A DNA stretch of 63,819 nt. It comes from a virus. Taxonomy: Duplodnaviria; Caudoviricetes. The stretch spans positions 1 to 63,819 of IMG/VR virus record IMGVR_UViG_3300042465_004622; one strand, given 5' to 3'. The notes below the pieces were generated by a model. It was given only the letters and a program-made list of their open reading frames with translations. It was not told the DNA's origin and did not search any database. This document shows, piece after piece, positions 45,202-53,271 of this stretch (position 1 is the stretch's first letter; every line of letters starts with the position of its first letter). The position numbers and the translations under genes are program-made.

Positions 45202-47400
45202 TTACTTCTGATAAAATTCAACGCTTCCGCCTTCGGCTGCTAGGGGCATACCTTCTCCCCAGTCGCGCAACTTCGTAAGACAACGAACGAAGTGATCAGG
45301 CGACCTAGTTTCAGACGGGTTGTATTCGGCCAAGTCTTCATCGTGAATGATCATCAGCGTCGGATAACCATTTGCTTCAGCTTCGATCAAACCTGAAGCC
45401 ATGAAATCGCCTGCGATACCCTGAATCTGGTTGTTGCAAAATATGCCAGGATGTATCTCGACTCGACCCCAGTGAACGGTCTTTGGAAGCTGAGAAAAGA
45501 TGGTGATAGCTTCGCCAAGTCGGACGCCTCGTATGTAGGGTTTCTTGGCTTTCTTCAAGTCTATCCCAAGTTCAGCTTGTTGCTTTTTAGCTTCGATCTG
45601 ATTCGGTGTCGGATTGAACAATTTCTTCATCACCTCTTCCTCGACTAGATCCCCATTCTCATCTTGAACAAAAGTGACTTCGACCCATCGTAGTTGAGGA
45701 ACAAGCTCAGGTTTTGGGTAGGCAATCTTCCGTCCGCTGGGAAGACGCAAGAACAGATATTTCATGCCTGCGGTGTGGGTGCTGAAGAAAGCGCAACCTT
45801 TGCCGAAAGGGAACATTTTACCGGAAGTTTTGATAGCTGCTTTGGAAGCACGCTCGATGTCTCCCCACATGCTGACAATCGAAGGATTGGCTTCACGCCA
45901 TGATTTGATGATTCCTGGAAGCTCTTTCTTGGTCAAACCCTGCTTGAGGGCACCCATTCTGACGAGTGCTCCGGTGCCGCCTGCGTAGCCACAGGCCAGC
46001 TCTCCGGCCTTCGCTTTCTGTCTCAGCGGGTGGTGCTTCCCGTGCTCCTTCTTGTAGTCATCGAAATCTTTCATGGTGACTCCGAACATCTGGCAAGCAG
46101 CGGCTTCGTAGATCTTACCATGTCCTTTGAATACTTCAAGTTTCCATTCCTCATTCGCCTGCCACGCGAGTAGTCGAGCTTCGATAGCTGAGTAATCAGC
46201 ACTGAGCATCGGTTTCCCATCTTGGATGAAATGACGAATACAGGATGCGATCACCTCCAAAGGCGGTCCATAATTCAATCGCAGCCAGTCCACATTACAT
46301 CCTTCGCAGATGTCTTTGTAGGCTTGTGGAGACAGACTCTCCATGTATGGCGCAGGCTTCTTGAAGTTCTGAGGCTGAACGAGAGAAGCGCTCCATCTTC
46401 CGGTGCCCGCTCCGTGATAGGTGTGCGTCCCTCGAACCCGGTTGTCATTAGGTCCGGCACAGTTGATCATTGTCGGTATCTTCTTGATCGAAGCGAAACT
46501 GATGTGCTTCTTGATCTTCAACGCAGCGCTCAACTCAGGACAATCGGTTTCAGCCTCTTCGTCAAAGTCTTCAAAGAACTCGTCGAGAGTAGCAGCTTGG
46601 AGGTTGTCGTGCTTGAATCCACGCTCTTTGAGCCAGACAAGCAACTTAGCTCCTTGAGAAGGTTTCAAACCTGTGAGAGCAAGAAACTCACGCTCCAAGG
46701 TTTCTGTTTCCTCGTTCACCAGTTTCTCCGCCTTCCTCAGAGCGTCGAGGTTCACGGGAAAGCCACGGCAGTTGATCTCTATATCGAGTAGGAAAGTTTG
46801 GAGCGGGAATCCTGTAAGCTCGAAGTCTTTGAGGGTCTTGTGGATCTCTTGCTCGACACGAACATCCTGGATGCAGTAGTCGCAGAACTCTCTGAAAGCC
46901 TCCGGCTCATCAACAGGGTCAATGAAATCCCCTTTCTTTTTCCCGACGTTCTGGGGCACTGAGAATTTACGGATCAGACCTTTCCCCTTACTGTCCTTCA
47001 GGTTGGTCAGTTTGAGAGTCTCCGCCAGCTTCTCCAAGCTAGCAGGCAGCGCGGCACGTCGTCCCATAGCTGCGGTGCAGCGCCATTGGTGGTGCGCAGG
47101 TGGTTTGAAGCCAGTGGTCTTTTCCATGAGTGCGTCGAGACAAGCGATCTCGAATTGCGCATTGTGGGCATAAACGACGGAGTCTGGGCGTGAAAGTTTA
47201 CACAACAAGTTGCCGACATACCCTGAGTGCGTCGTCATAAAATATGGATCATACTTGGTCCAGATCCACGGTTCCTTCTCTCCTTCAGCAATCGCGATGC
47301 ACAGGATCTCGGTGCTTGGGTCTCGGGCATAACGGTGAGCGCCGACCTTCTTCAGGTCAGCTCGGGACCGTGTTTCGATGTCAACGTGGTAGGTGGGCAT
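45202..47400 (-). CDS. polA: Family A DNA polymerase with 3'-5' exonuclease domain
   Basis: VDIETRS, AHNAQFE, GTGRWS, motif A DYSAIE, motif B RQKAKAGELACGY, motif C IHDE. Confidence 0.93.
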   Translation of the reverse strand: MPTYHVDIETRSRADLKKVGAHRYARDPSTEILCIAIAEGEKEPWIWTKYDPYFMTTHSGYVGNLLCKLSRPDSVVYAHNAQFEIACLDALMEKTTGFKPPAHHQWRCTAAMGRRAALPASLEKLAETLKLTNLKDSKGKGLIRKFSVPQNVGKKKGDFIDPVDEPEAFREFCDYCIQDVRVEQEIHKTLKDFELTGFPLQTFLLDIEINCRGFPVNLDALRKAEKLVNEETETLEREFLALTGLKPSQGAKLLVWLKERGFKHDNLQAATLDEFFEDFDEEAETDCPELSAALKIKKHISFASIKKIPTMINCAGPNDNRVRGTHTYHGAGTGRWSASLVQPQNFKKPAPYMESLSPQAYKDICEGCNVDWLRLNYGPPLEVIASCIRHFIQDGKPMLSADYSAIEARLLAWQANEEWKLEVFKGHGKIYEAAACQMFGVTMKDFDDYKKEHGKHHPLRQKAKAGELACGYAGGTGALVRMGALKQGLTKKELPGIIKSWREANPSIVSMWGDIERASKAAIKTSGKMFPFGKGCAFFSTHTAGMKYLFLRLPSGRKIAYPKPELVPQLRWVEVTFVQDENGDLVEEEVMKKLFNPTPNQIEAKKQQAELGIDLKKAKKPYIRGVRLGEAITIFSQLPKTVHWGRVEIHPGIFCNNQIQGIAGDFMASGLIEAEANGYPTLMIIHDEDLAEYNPSETRSPDHFVRCLTKLRDWGEGMPLAAEGGSVEFYQK

Positions 47401-47417
47401 ATATCAAAACAAAAAAG

Positions 47418-47500
47418 TCCTCCCGCCTGTCGCTCTTTTCGGTTTATAAGCCGCGTGAGATCGCTGACACAGTGTTGAGTCCTTGCGGACTGCGGGAGGA
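47418..47500. ncRNA. Candidate structured RNA (multi-stem) upstream of polA
   Basis: 9-bp closing stem TCCTCCCGC/GCGGGAGGA; AGTCC-GCAA-GGACT hairpin on -; followed by a U-run on -. Confidence 0.5.
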
Positions 47501-47508
47501 AATTGGTT

Positions 47509-47685
47509 TTACTTACCTAGGTTCAGCCAAGCTGTGACTAAACTGATTGGAGTTACCACTCCAATACCGTGTAGTGCTTCAGCTTTGTAAGGTGCCTCGA
47601 AGTCGCAGTTTACGAATTTGTAAAGGTTCATCATCCAACTGCTGATTGTGAACAGAATCCAAGCTAAAACAAATAGAAGTTTCAT
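47509..47685 (-). CDS. Small membrane protein
   Basis: MKLLFVLAWILFTISSW..CDFEAPYKAEALHGIG; two hydrophobic segments. Confidence 0.65.
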   Translation of the reverse strand: MKLLFVLAWILFTISSWMMNLYKFVNCDFEAPYKAEALHGIGVVTPISLVTAWLNLGK

Positions 47686-47709
47686 GGTAGTAAGTGTTTG
47701 AAATTTGAA

Positions 47710-47776
47710 TTGCACAGGCGGGGCGCTATCCCTTCCCGCTTAGCCGAATCTGGTTTGAATCTCCGGCTCTGTGCAA
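47710..47776. ncRNA. Candidate three-way-junction RNA
   Basis: TTGCACAG/CTGTGCAA closing stem; internal GCGGG/CCCGC and AGCCG/CGGCT stems. Confidence 0.45.
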
Positions 47777-47781
47777 ATTGG

Positions 47782-47861
47782 TTGCAGGCTCGGCGGTGCT
47801 ACCTACGCATTTGAAGTTCTAGTATGGGTAACATCTTCTTTATCGCTGGGACGACCTGCAA
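47782..47861. ncRNA. Candidate long bulged hairpin RNA
   Basis: TTGCAGG/CCTGCAA closing stem; CTCGGCGGTG/TATCGCTGGG pairs fully only with G-U on the + strand. Confidence 0.4.
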
Positions 47862-47867
47862 ACTGGT

Positions 47868-48434
47868 TTAGACATCGTCTCCTGAGTCTTCGGACTCGTC
47901 GGAGAACACGTCTTCAGCGCGGACACGGGTTCCGCCACCGCTGAGAGGCTCGCCGTCCTTGAGGAACTGGATCGCCTCGAAACCTGCGAACAGGCCGCGA
48001 CCACCGTTCTCCGTGCCGTAGAAACGCACGACGACCTTGGCGTAGCAGCCAGAGTAGGGCTTGTTGTCTTCCGCAGCGAGTGGCGTGCGACCGTCTGTAT
48101 CGACGATGACAGGGCGATTCTTGTTGCTGGCGGAGACGACTTTCATGCCTGCGTAAGCAGGTTTGATCTCGTCGTCCTTGTCAGTGTGGGTGTTGCCATC
48201 AGAAACACAGAAGCGTTTTGGGTCTTTCCAGGTAAGTGGGTATTTCTTCCACTTGTCGAGGGAGACGTGCTTCACAGCAGCGTCGATGGATGCAATGGAG
48301 GCTTTGTCCTTGGGATCGACGATGCAGGTGATTTTGTACTTGGGATTGCCTTGGTTGAGTTGTCCCTCGAACGGCTTGAAGCAGTGGAGGTAATCGACGC
48401 GGCATTTAATGATGGCGGTTGCTGGATCAGACAT
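47868..48434 (-). CDS. Phage single-stranded DNA-binding protein (DUF2815-like)
   Basis: PKY..SASN..RP..YSGCY..GLFAGFEAIQFLKDGEPLSGG; acidic tail ending DDV. Confidence 0.85.
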   Translation of the reverse strand: MSDPATAIIKCRVDYLHCFKPFEGQLNQGNPKYKITCIVDPKDKASIASIDAAVKHVSLDKWKKYPLTWKDPKRFCVSDGNTHTDKDDEIKPAYAGMKVVSASNKNRPVIVDTDGRTPLAAEDNKPYSGCYAKVVVRFYGTENGGRGLFAGFEAIQFLKDGEPLSGGGTRVRAEDVFSDESEDSGDDV

Positions 48435-48500
48435 AGTGGTATCAGTATTGTAGTTTGGATTGAGTGTATAAGAGGCGCAGAGTTGCGCTTTAACGAAGTA

Positions 48501-48529
48501 ACTGTAGTTCGAGAAACAGAAACTGTCAA
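48501..48529 (-). promoter_or_regulatory. Sigma70-like promoter of the SSB gene
   Basis: TTGACA-17nt-TACAGT; spacer contains GTTTCTCGAAC. Confidence 0.7.
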
Positions 48530-48533
48530 TAGC

Positions 48534-48773
48534 CTATTTAACAGAAATATATCGAGGTATCTCTTTTTGATCTTTGTCGTAACGCTTACCGAAAACAGTG
48601 TCAAAATACACATCCACCCCCGGCTGAGATTGGCTACTTGGTCGTTTCTCAAAATAGCTTGGCGCTACAAAAGCCGACGGTTTAGGTACTAAGATAACGT
48701 CTTCAAGTTCTGCGGTTTCCCACTCAGGGTTTATAGTCAGAAGTTCTTGTTTCATTGTGGGCTTGTTTGCCAT
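48534..48773 (-). CDS. Hypothetical protein
   Basis: ORF in operon context. Confidence 0.5.
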   Translation of the reverse strand: MANKPTMKQELLTINPEWETAELEDVILVPKPSAFVAPSYFEKRPSSQSQPGVDVYFDTVFGKRYDKDQKEIPRYISVK

Positions 48774-49279
48774 TCTTCAGTTTTATCGGTCATCAAGCAC
48801 GGACCTTTGTAGCCTCGCTGAATGTGGACGGCTCCAAGGCTGAAACCTGTCTGCGGCCAAGGTTTTGCTGGGGTGGGGACAAAGACGATTTCCTTCATCC
48901 CGAAGCCCGCAGCTTTCATGTCAGACTGTCGCGCTTTCATAAAGAAGGCATTCACCAAACAGAGGAACACGACGTTATCGGCAACTTCCATCGACTTGTT
49001 GAGGAAGGCGCGAAGCTGGGACCAAGGAGGGTTAGTGCATACCCAGTCATAATGCTGCGTGATGTCTGGATCAAAGAAATCAAACCCGTCGTCGATTTCA
49101 CACCACTCGACAAAAGCGAACTCTGAGTGCTCAAGCATGGCTGTGTAGAACGCGCCCATGCCGCGACATGGATCTAACCGTTTTCCCCGAACATCGAAAT
49201 GTTCTACAATTTGTTTAGCCAGTTCAGGCGGAGTGTAAACTCGATCATTACCTCCTTTAGGTGCTAGTGGTCGGCTCAT
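48752..49279 (-). CDS. Small amino (N6A/N4C) DNA methyltransferase
   Basis: DRVYTPP, LDPCRGMGAF, TNPPW. Confidence 0.8.
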   Translation of the reverse strand: MSRPLAPKGGNDRVYTPPELAKQIVEHFDVRGKRLDPCRGMGAFYTAMLEHSEFAFVEWCEIDDGFDFFDPDITQHYDWVCTNPPWSQLRAFLNKSMEVADNVVFLCLVNAFFMKARQSDMKAAGFGMKEIVFVPTPAKPWPQTGFSLGAVHIQRGYKGPCLMTDKTEEWQTSPQ

Positions 49280-49280
49280 A

Positions 49281-50498
49281 TTAGCAAAAGTCGTCGTTTG
49301 GGTAAGCGGCTGAAACTCGGGCTTGAGCGATGGTGAAATAGGCTTTGTCCATCTCCATGCCGATGAAGTCGAATCCCTCTGCTCCGCAGGCTTTGCCTGT
49401 GCTTCCACTACCCATCCAAGGATCGAGCACCGTTCCTTCTGGAGGTGTGATGAGTCGGCAGAGGTAACGCATGAGGTCTGTTGGTTTCACTGTTGGGTGA
49501 TTATTCTTTACTGACTTGATGCTGTTTGTTCCGCTGGCAGCTTTATACTCTGTAACTCCACGCTTCAGTTGTGCTTGAGCTTGGTTGGATGCAGCTATGA
49601 AAGAATCATCAAGACCATCGCAGCCGTCGTTGCGGTCTGTTGAGTTGGTCTTGGCGCAGTAGAAAAAGCGGGCTGATGAGCCGCCATTGTCGTCGTGCCT
49701 ATATGTTACGTGCGGCGTTTCCCTGCCCTTAGCAACGCTTTTGAACTCTCCGTTGTTCCTTGGGGTGGATTTGCTTGAGGCCGTTTGCGGAAACAACCCA
49801 ACCACCTCGTCGCTTCCGTCGTGGATCAGGTTCGCAGGCCAGCGTCCTTGGGGTTGTTGGAACTCGCCTGCTCCGCCTTCGCGTTTGTATCTCCAATTCT
49901 CCGCGCCGTCATGTCTTTCGGAGCCGTCCTTTGCGTAGGCACCGCCGTTCAGGTTCTCTGTCGTACCTACTCGGCAAGCATCCACGTTAATCGCTCCCGT
50001 GTGCCACTTGAGCACGTTGTCCGCGACGGTGCCTTCGAGCGGCTTCCGCGCCAGCGTGATTGGTTCCAGTGCGGGTTTTAGTGCCGTGCCCCAGCCTTCC
50101 CACTCTTCTTCGAGTTTGTGCGATTTGGGGAACCCAGAACCGTACACCCATGCAACAAGGTCGCGAATCTCGAATCCTGCCAAGCGTATGCCGAGCGCCA
50201 TCAAGTCCTGTGTCCGTGTCCCAGCGAAAGCAAGAACGTGGCCTCCGGGTTTCAGGACACGGAACACTTCTCTCCATTGCACAGGTTGTGGAACGAAGTT
50301 GTCCCATGCTTTACCCATGAATCCGCTCTTGCTTTTTACGTCGTGGTGCCCGGTCTCCATCCAGTCGCGCAGCATGGCGAGTGCATCTGGCTCTTTGCCA
50401 AGTCCGTATGGTGGGTCTGTTACCACCGCGTCAACGCTGTTGTCTGGCAGCTTTTCCAAAAGCTCTAAGTTGTTTCCCTTTAGTAGTTGGTAAGTCAT
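49281..50498 (-). CDS. Beta-class N6A/N4C DNA methyltransferase
   Basis: VVTDPPY, RVLKPGG, HPTVKP, VLDPWMGSGST; ends ...NDDFC*. Confidence 0.92.
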   Translation of the reverse strand: MTYQLLKGNNLELLEKLPDNSVDAVVTDPPYGLGKEPDALAMLRDWMETGHHDVKSKSGFMGKAWDNFVPQPVQWREVFRVLKPGGHVLAFAGTRTQDLMALGIRLAGFEIRDLVAWVYGSGFPKSHKLEEEWEGWGTALKPALEPITLARKPLEGTVADNVLKWHTGAINVDACRVGTTENLNGGAYAKDGSERHDGAENWRYKREGGAGEFQQPQGRWPANLIHDGSDEVVGLFPQTASSKSTPRNNGEFKSVAKGRETPHVTYRHDDNGGSSARFFYCAKTNSTDRNDGCDGLDDSFIAASNQAQAQLKRGVTEYKAASGTNSIKSVKNNHPTVKPTDLMRYLCRLITPPEGTVLDPWMGSGSTGKACGAEGFDFIGMEMDKAYFTIAQARVSAAYPNDDFC

Positions 50499-50500
50499 AA

Positions 50501-51739
50501 TCAGCAAAAGTCCTCCGCTCCGGTTTCATCAGAAAACACGTTCGCCAGATTCTCCGAGCCATAAACAGGGCGTGGATCGTCAACGGAAACGAGCGTCGGC
50601 CCGCCCTCCGGCTTGACGATGAGTTTCTGAATTTCTCCCCATTCAGCTTTCTCGAAGTCGTGCTCGAACTCGGAAACTTGCGTCGGGGTGATCAGATCCT
50701 CAGTTATGATGTCCTCGCGTTTCAGCTTGGTCAGCAGCTTCTCTTTGGCGAGGTCGGGGTAGCCCCATTTTCGGTGTCCGCCTTTGCCCTTGACCAGCTT
50801 CAGGCCGGGTAGTGGTTTGCCGTTGAGAGCCATCGACGTTGCGTATTTCTCAGCGGAGGATAACCACTTTTTGATGTCGTCGATCTTGAGCACGATTTTG
50901 GAGAGAACGTCATCTGAGATGCTGTCAGCTTTCGGCAGCTTCGGCACTTCTCCGGTCGTGATTGTCTCCAGTGGTGTGTCGTCGAGGAGCCACTTTGTCC
51001 GGGCCTCGCAGAACGACTCGCAGGGGCAGAACTGACAGGTCTTGGTGCCTGGGCGGAACTCCAATGTGAGAGCTTTGGCTTGGATGTCCTCAGCAGGGCC
51101 GAGAACTCGGTCATCAGTGAACTGGACAAGCTCTTTGTAGTCAATGGTCCAAGTGCTCTGCTTATCACCTTGCCGAACGCGAGGTTGGTAGATGTGCATG
51201 TGAACCGCAGGCATCGGCTTGTTGGCATACCATTGCTTCATCGTGAGGTCTAACTGTTGGATCATCGACCGTGCATAGATCGCCATCTGTAGGTTCTCGA
51301 AAGCCGAGACTGCCACGCCCTGACCATATTTGAAGTCGGCAATGTGAACCCCGTCGTCGGCGATGCAGCAGAAGTCCACGAAGCCGTTACGGGCAGGCAT
51401 GTAGAACAGACTGACTTTCAACTCGCTCCACCATCTGTTACCCATGCCTGTGCGTTTGATGTGATCAGTGGCACCCGGAGCTTTCTTGTCGAGACAGAAA
51501 TCAACGAACGCCTGCGCGTGCTTCTTCATGTCCGGCGTGGCTTTGTCCGACAGCTTGGTCTTCTTGAAGAGTGCTTCAACGGCGGAGTGCGCGAACGTCC
51601 CTTCAACCGAGAACTCGGTGTCCTGCGGCGGTATGCGGTTGGCGTTGGCTACAACGTAGTGAGGTTGGGCTGTACACGAACTCCACGTACTCGCGGAACT
51701 GGCATTCAGGTTTAACTTTAAGTATCGGGATGTGCTCAT
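50501..51739 (-). CDS. Cas4-like PD-(D/E)XK exonuclease (DUF2800-like)
   Basis: EGTFAH, GFVD, ADFKYG, NLQMAIYA, HIYQPR, CQFCP..C; ends ...AEDFC*. Confidence 0.88.
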   Translation of the reverse strand: MSTSRYLKLNLNASSASTWSSCTAQPHYVVANANRIPPQDTEFSVEGTFAHSAVEALFKKTKLSDKATPDMKKHAQAFVDFCLDKKAPGATDHIKRTGMGNRWWSELKVSLFYMPARNGFVDFCCIADDGVHIADFKYGQGVAVSAFENLQMAIYARSMIQQLDLTMKQWYANKPMPAVHMHIYQPRVRQGDKQSTWTIDYKELVQFTDDRVLGPAEDIQAKALTLEFRPGTKTCQFCPCESFCEARTKWLLDDTPLETITTGEVPKLPKADSISDDVLSKIVLKIDDIKKWLSSAEKYATSMALNGKPLPGLKLVKGKGGHRKWGYPDLAKEKLLTKLKREDIITEDLITPTQVSEFEHDFEKAEWGEIQKLIVKPEGGPTLVSVDDPRPVYGSENLANVFSDETGAEDFC

Positions 51740-51753
51740 AGGCTTGTACTGCC

Positions 51754-51781
51754 AAAAGGCGCAGATCCGAAGACCTGCGCC
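51754..51781 (-). terminator. Intrinsic terminator-like hairpin
   Basis: GGCGCAG/CTGCGCC stem followed by TTTT on -. Confidence 0.55.
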
Positions 51782-51799
51782 CGATGACGACGGAGCGGT

Positions 51800-52474
51800 T
51801 TAGACTTCCTTCTGGTCCTCTTCGTTGGCGGCGAGATACTCACGGATCTTGGCCTCCATCTGACGCAACATAGTTGGGTCAGACATCTCGCGAGTCATCT
51901 TCTCGAAGCCGAGTGTGGTGTTGCGGAAATCAACAAGCAGCTTGGTGTACTTGGTGTCCTTGAGGGGCTTCATCAGATCAACGAGTTCAGAGCCGGACAG
52001 GTAAGGCTCCTCTTCGACAACTGGTTCTGGCGTTGGCTCGGGAGCAGGTGCTGCCTCAGCTTTTGCCTTGGGGCCGCGCTTCTTAGGTTCTGGTTTGTCT
52101 TCTGTTTCGGCGGGTGCCGATGTAGGTTCGCTGACTGGAGCAGAGCAACCGCCTTTGGCAGCGGTGTTGCGGTCGATAGCCTCGATCAGGGGTTTGACGA
52201 GGGTTTCAAAGATGTCGTTAAGCAGGGTATTCATAGGTTTGTCTGTATTTGTTTTTTGTTGTGGGTTTTCTGTCGCAGGTTGTGCTGCTACTGGAAATTG
52301 TTTTGTGTGTTCTGCATAGGCAGTCCAATAAGCGTCGGAAAACTCGCCGCCACGTTCGTTTGCGACATGGATGAGTAGAAACACGCTTTCTTTGTCGCGA
52401 AAGTCGTCACTCTCCCATTTCGCTTGGGACAGGCACTTGCGGTAAAATTCAATAGTGAAGTCGGCGGGTTGCAT
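51800..52474 (-). CDS. Hypothetical protein with a Pro/Glu-rich linker (possible second start at MNTLL)
   Basis: TAATG coupling to the upstream stop; directly upstream of the DUF2800-like gene. Confidence 0.6.
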   Translation of the reverse strand: MQPADFTIEFYRKCLSQAKWESDDFRDKESVFLLIHVANERGGEFSDAYWTAYAEHTKQFPVAAQPATENPQQKTNTDKPMNTLLNDIFETLVKPLIEAIDRNTAAKGGCSAPVSEPTSAPAETEDKPEPKKRGPKAKAEAAPAPEPTPEPVVEEEPYLSGSELVDLMKPLKDTKYTKLLVDFRNTTLGFEKMTREMSDPTMLRQMEAKIREYLAANEEDQKEV

Positions 52475-53271
52475 TAGCAAAAGTCCTCCTCGTCGTTTTC
52501 AAGGTTCACGTATTCCGTAGAGGATTCCGTCTTCTTCAAGCAGTTGGTAGCCTTCATCTTCAGCGTTGTCTGGCCCGATACAGTCGCAGTCGGCGTAATG
52601 CTCCGCGTGAACAGGGCACCAAGGTTCTCCGCAGCATTCACATTCTGGAAGTTCATGGGCGAAGACAATACGAACTCGCTCCACTGTTTTGCCATCGCGT
52701 TTGCGATGCCTTGAAAAGTCGCTGATCTGATTTTCCATCGGTCTTTTGAGGGTGGCAGGTTATACCAAGTTGGAAGCGAGTTTCCGCCTTTTGTGACGTG
52801 GCGAGTTCCTTTTCCAACCAAGTTTGTTGGTGTTATTGATGGCAGGTTTTTGAGCCAAAGGCACGTTGTTTTGGTAGCTTCATGCCCGTGCTCGTATGGC
52901 TGAATAATACAGTCAGGCTTCCTCCACACTGACGACATGATGCCTACTGGGTTTTCGATAGCAATTCGCGGGATTGGAGCGTTTGCTAATGCCATGAAGA
53001 AGTCGATGCCTTCTTGCTGCCTGCCGTCCGCTCGCTTTGCTGCAAAGTGCTTGGCTCCGCTGACGGCTAGATGTGTGCATGGTGGGAATGCAACCATCAT
53101 ATCCCATGAGTCATTCAGTAGTTGGAGAACATCGCCTTGAATATGAAACTCGCTACCGTCATCTGCTGGCAATAAATCGCAACTCCAGGCGTCGTGTCCA
53201 AGCTCTCTAAATGCTGAACGGACGGCTCCACTGTATTCACAAGCTATTAAAACTTTAAGTGGTTTATTCAA
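52474..53271 (-). CDS. Compact C5-cytosine DNA methyltransferase-like protein with a C-terminal extension
   Basis: KVLIACEYSG, AFPPCTHL (catalytic PC), IAIENP, KTTCLW, RSATFQGIANAMAKQW; TTG start overlapping the primase TGA; ends ...ENDEEDFC*. Confidence 0.8.
   Translation of the reverse strand: MNKPLKVLIACEYSGAVRSAFRELGHDAWSCDLLPADDGSEFHIQGDVLQLLNDSWDMMVAFPPCTHLAVSGAKHFAAKRADGRQQEGIDFFMALANAPIPRIAIENPVGIMSSVWRKPDCIIQPYEHGHEATKTTCLWLKNLPSITPTNLVGKGTRHVTKGGNSLPTWYNLPPSKDRWKIRSATFQGIANAMAKQWSEFVLSSPMNFQNVNAAENLGALFTRSITPTATVSGQTTLKMKATNCLKKTESSTEYVNLENDEEDFC
52499..52684 (-). CDS. Small Cys/His-rich protein nested in an alternative frame of the MTase C-terminus
   Basis: VERVRIVFAHELPECECCGEPWCPVHAEHYADCDCIGP..; GTG start where MTase homology ends. 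Confidence 0.5.
   Translation of the reverse strand: MERVRIVFAHELPECECCGEPWCPVHAEHYADCDCIGPDNAEDEGYQLLEEDGILYGIREP

Noticed and set aside
45202-47400. Intein or intron in polA, TerL or primase
   Set aside because: ORFs are continuous and of ordinary length, with no intein splice-junction motifs or embedded homing nuclease seen.
47418-47861. tRNA genes
   Set aside because: Closing stems and CCA are present, but there is no T-loop GTTC or D-loop consensus and no 7-nt anticodon loop; kept only as generic structured RNA candidates.
44180-51505. Internal DFC tripeptides (one in 44022..44333, two in the Cas4-like exonuclease)
   Set aside because: Not C-terminal and at least one is within a catalytic strand; not counted as tags.
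50501-51739. Cas4-like nuclease as evidence of a CRISPR system
   Set aside because: DUF2800-like exonucleases are ordinary phage replication-module genes next to SSB and PolA; no array or other cas genes.
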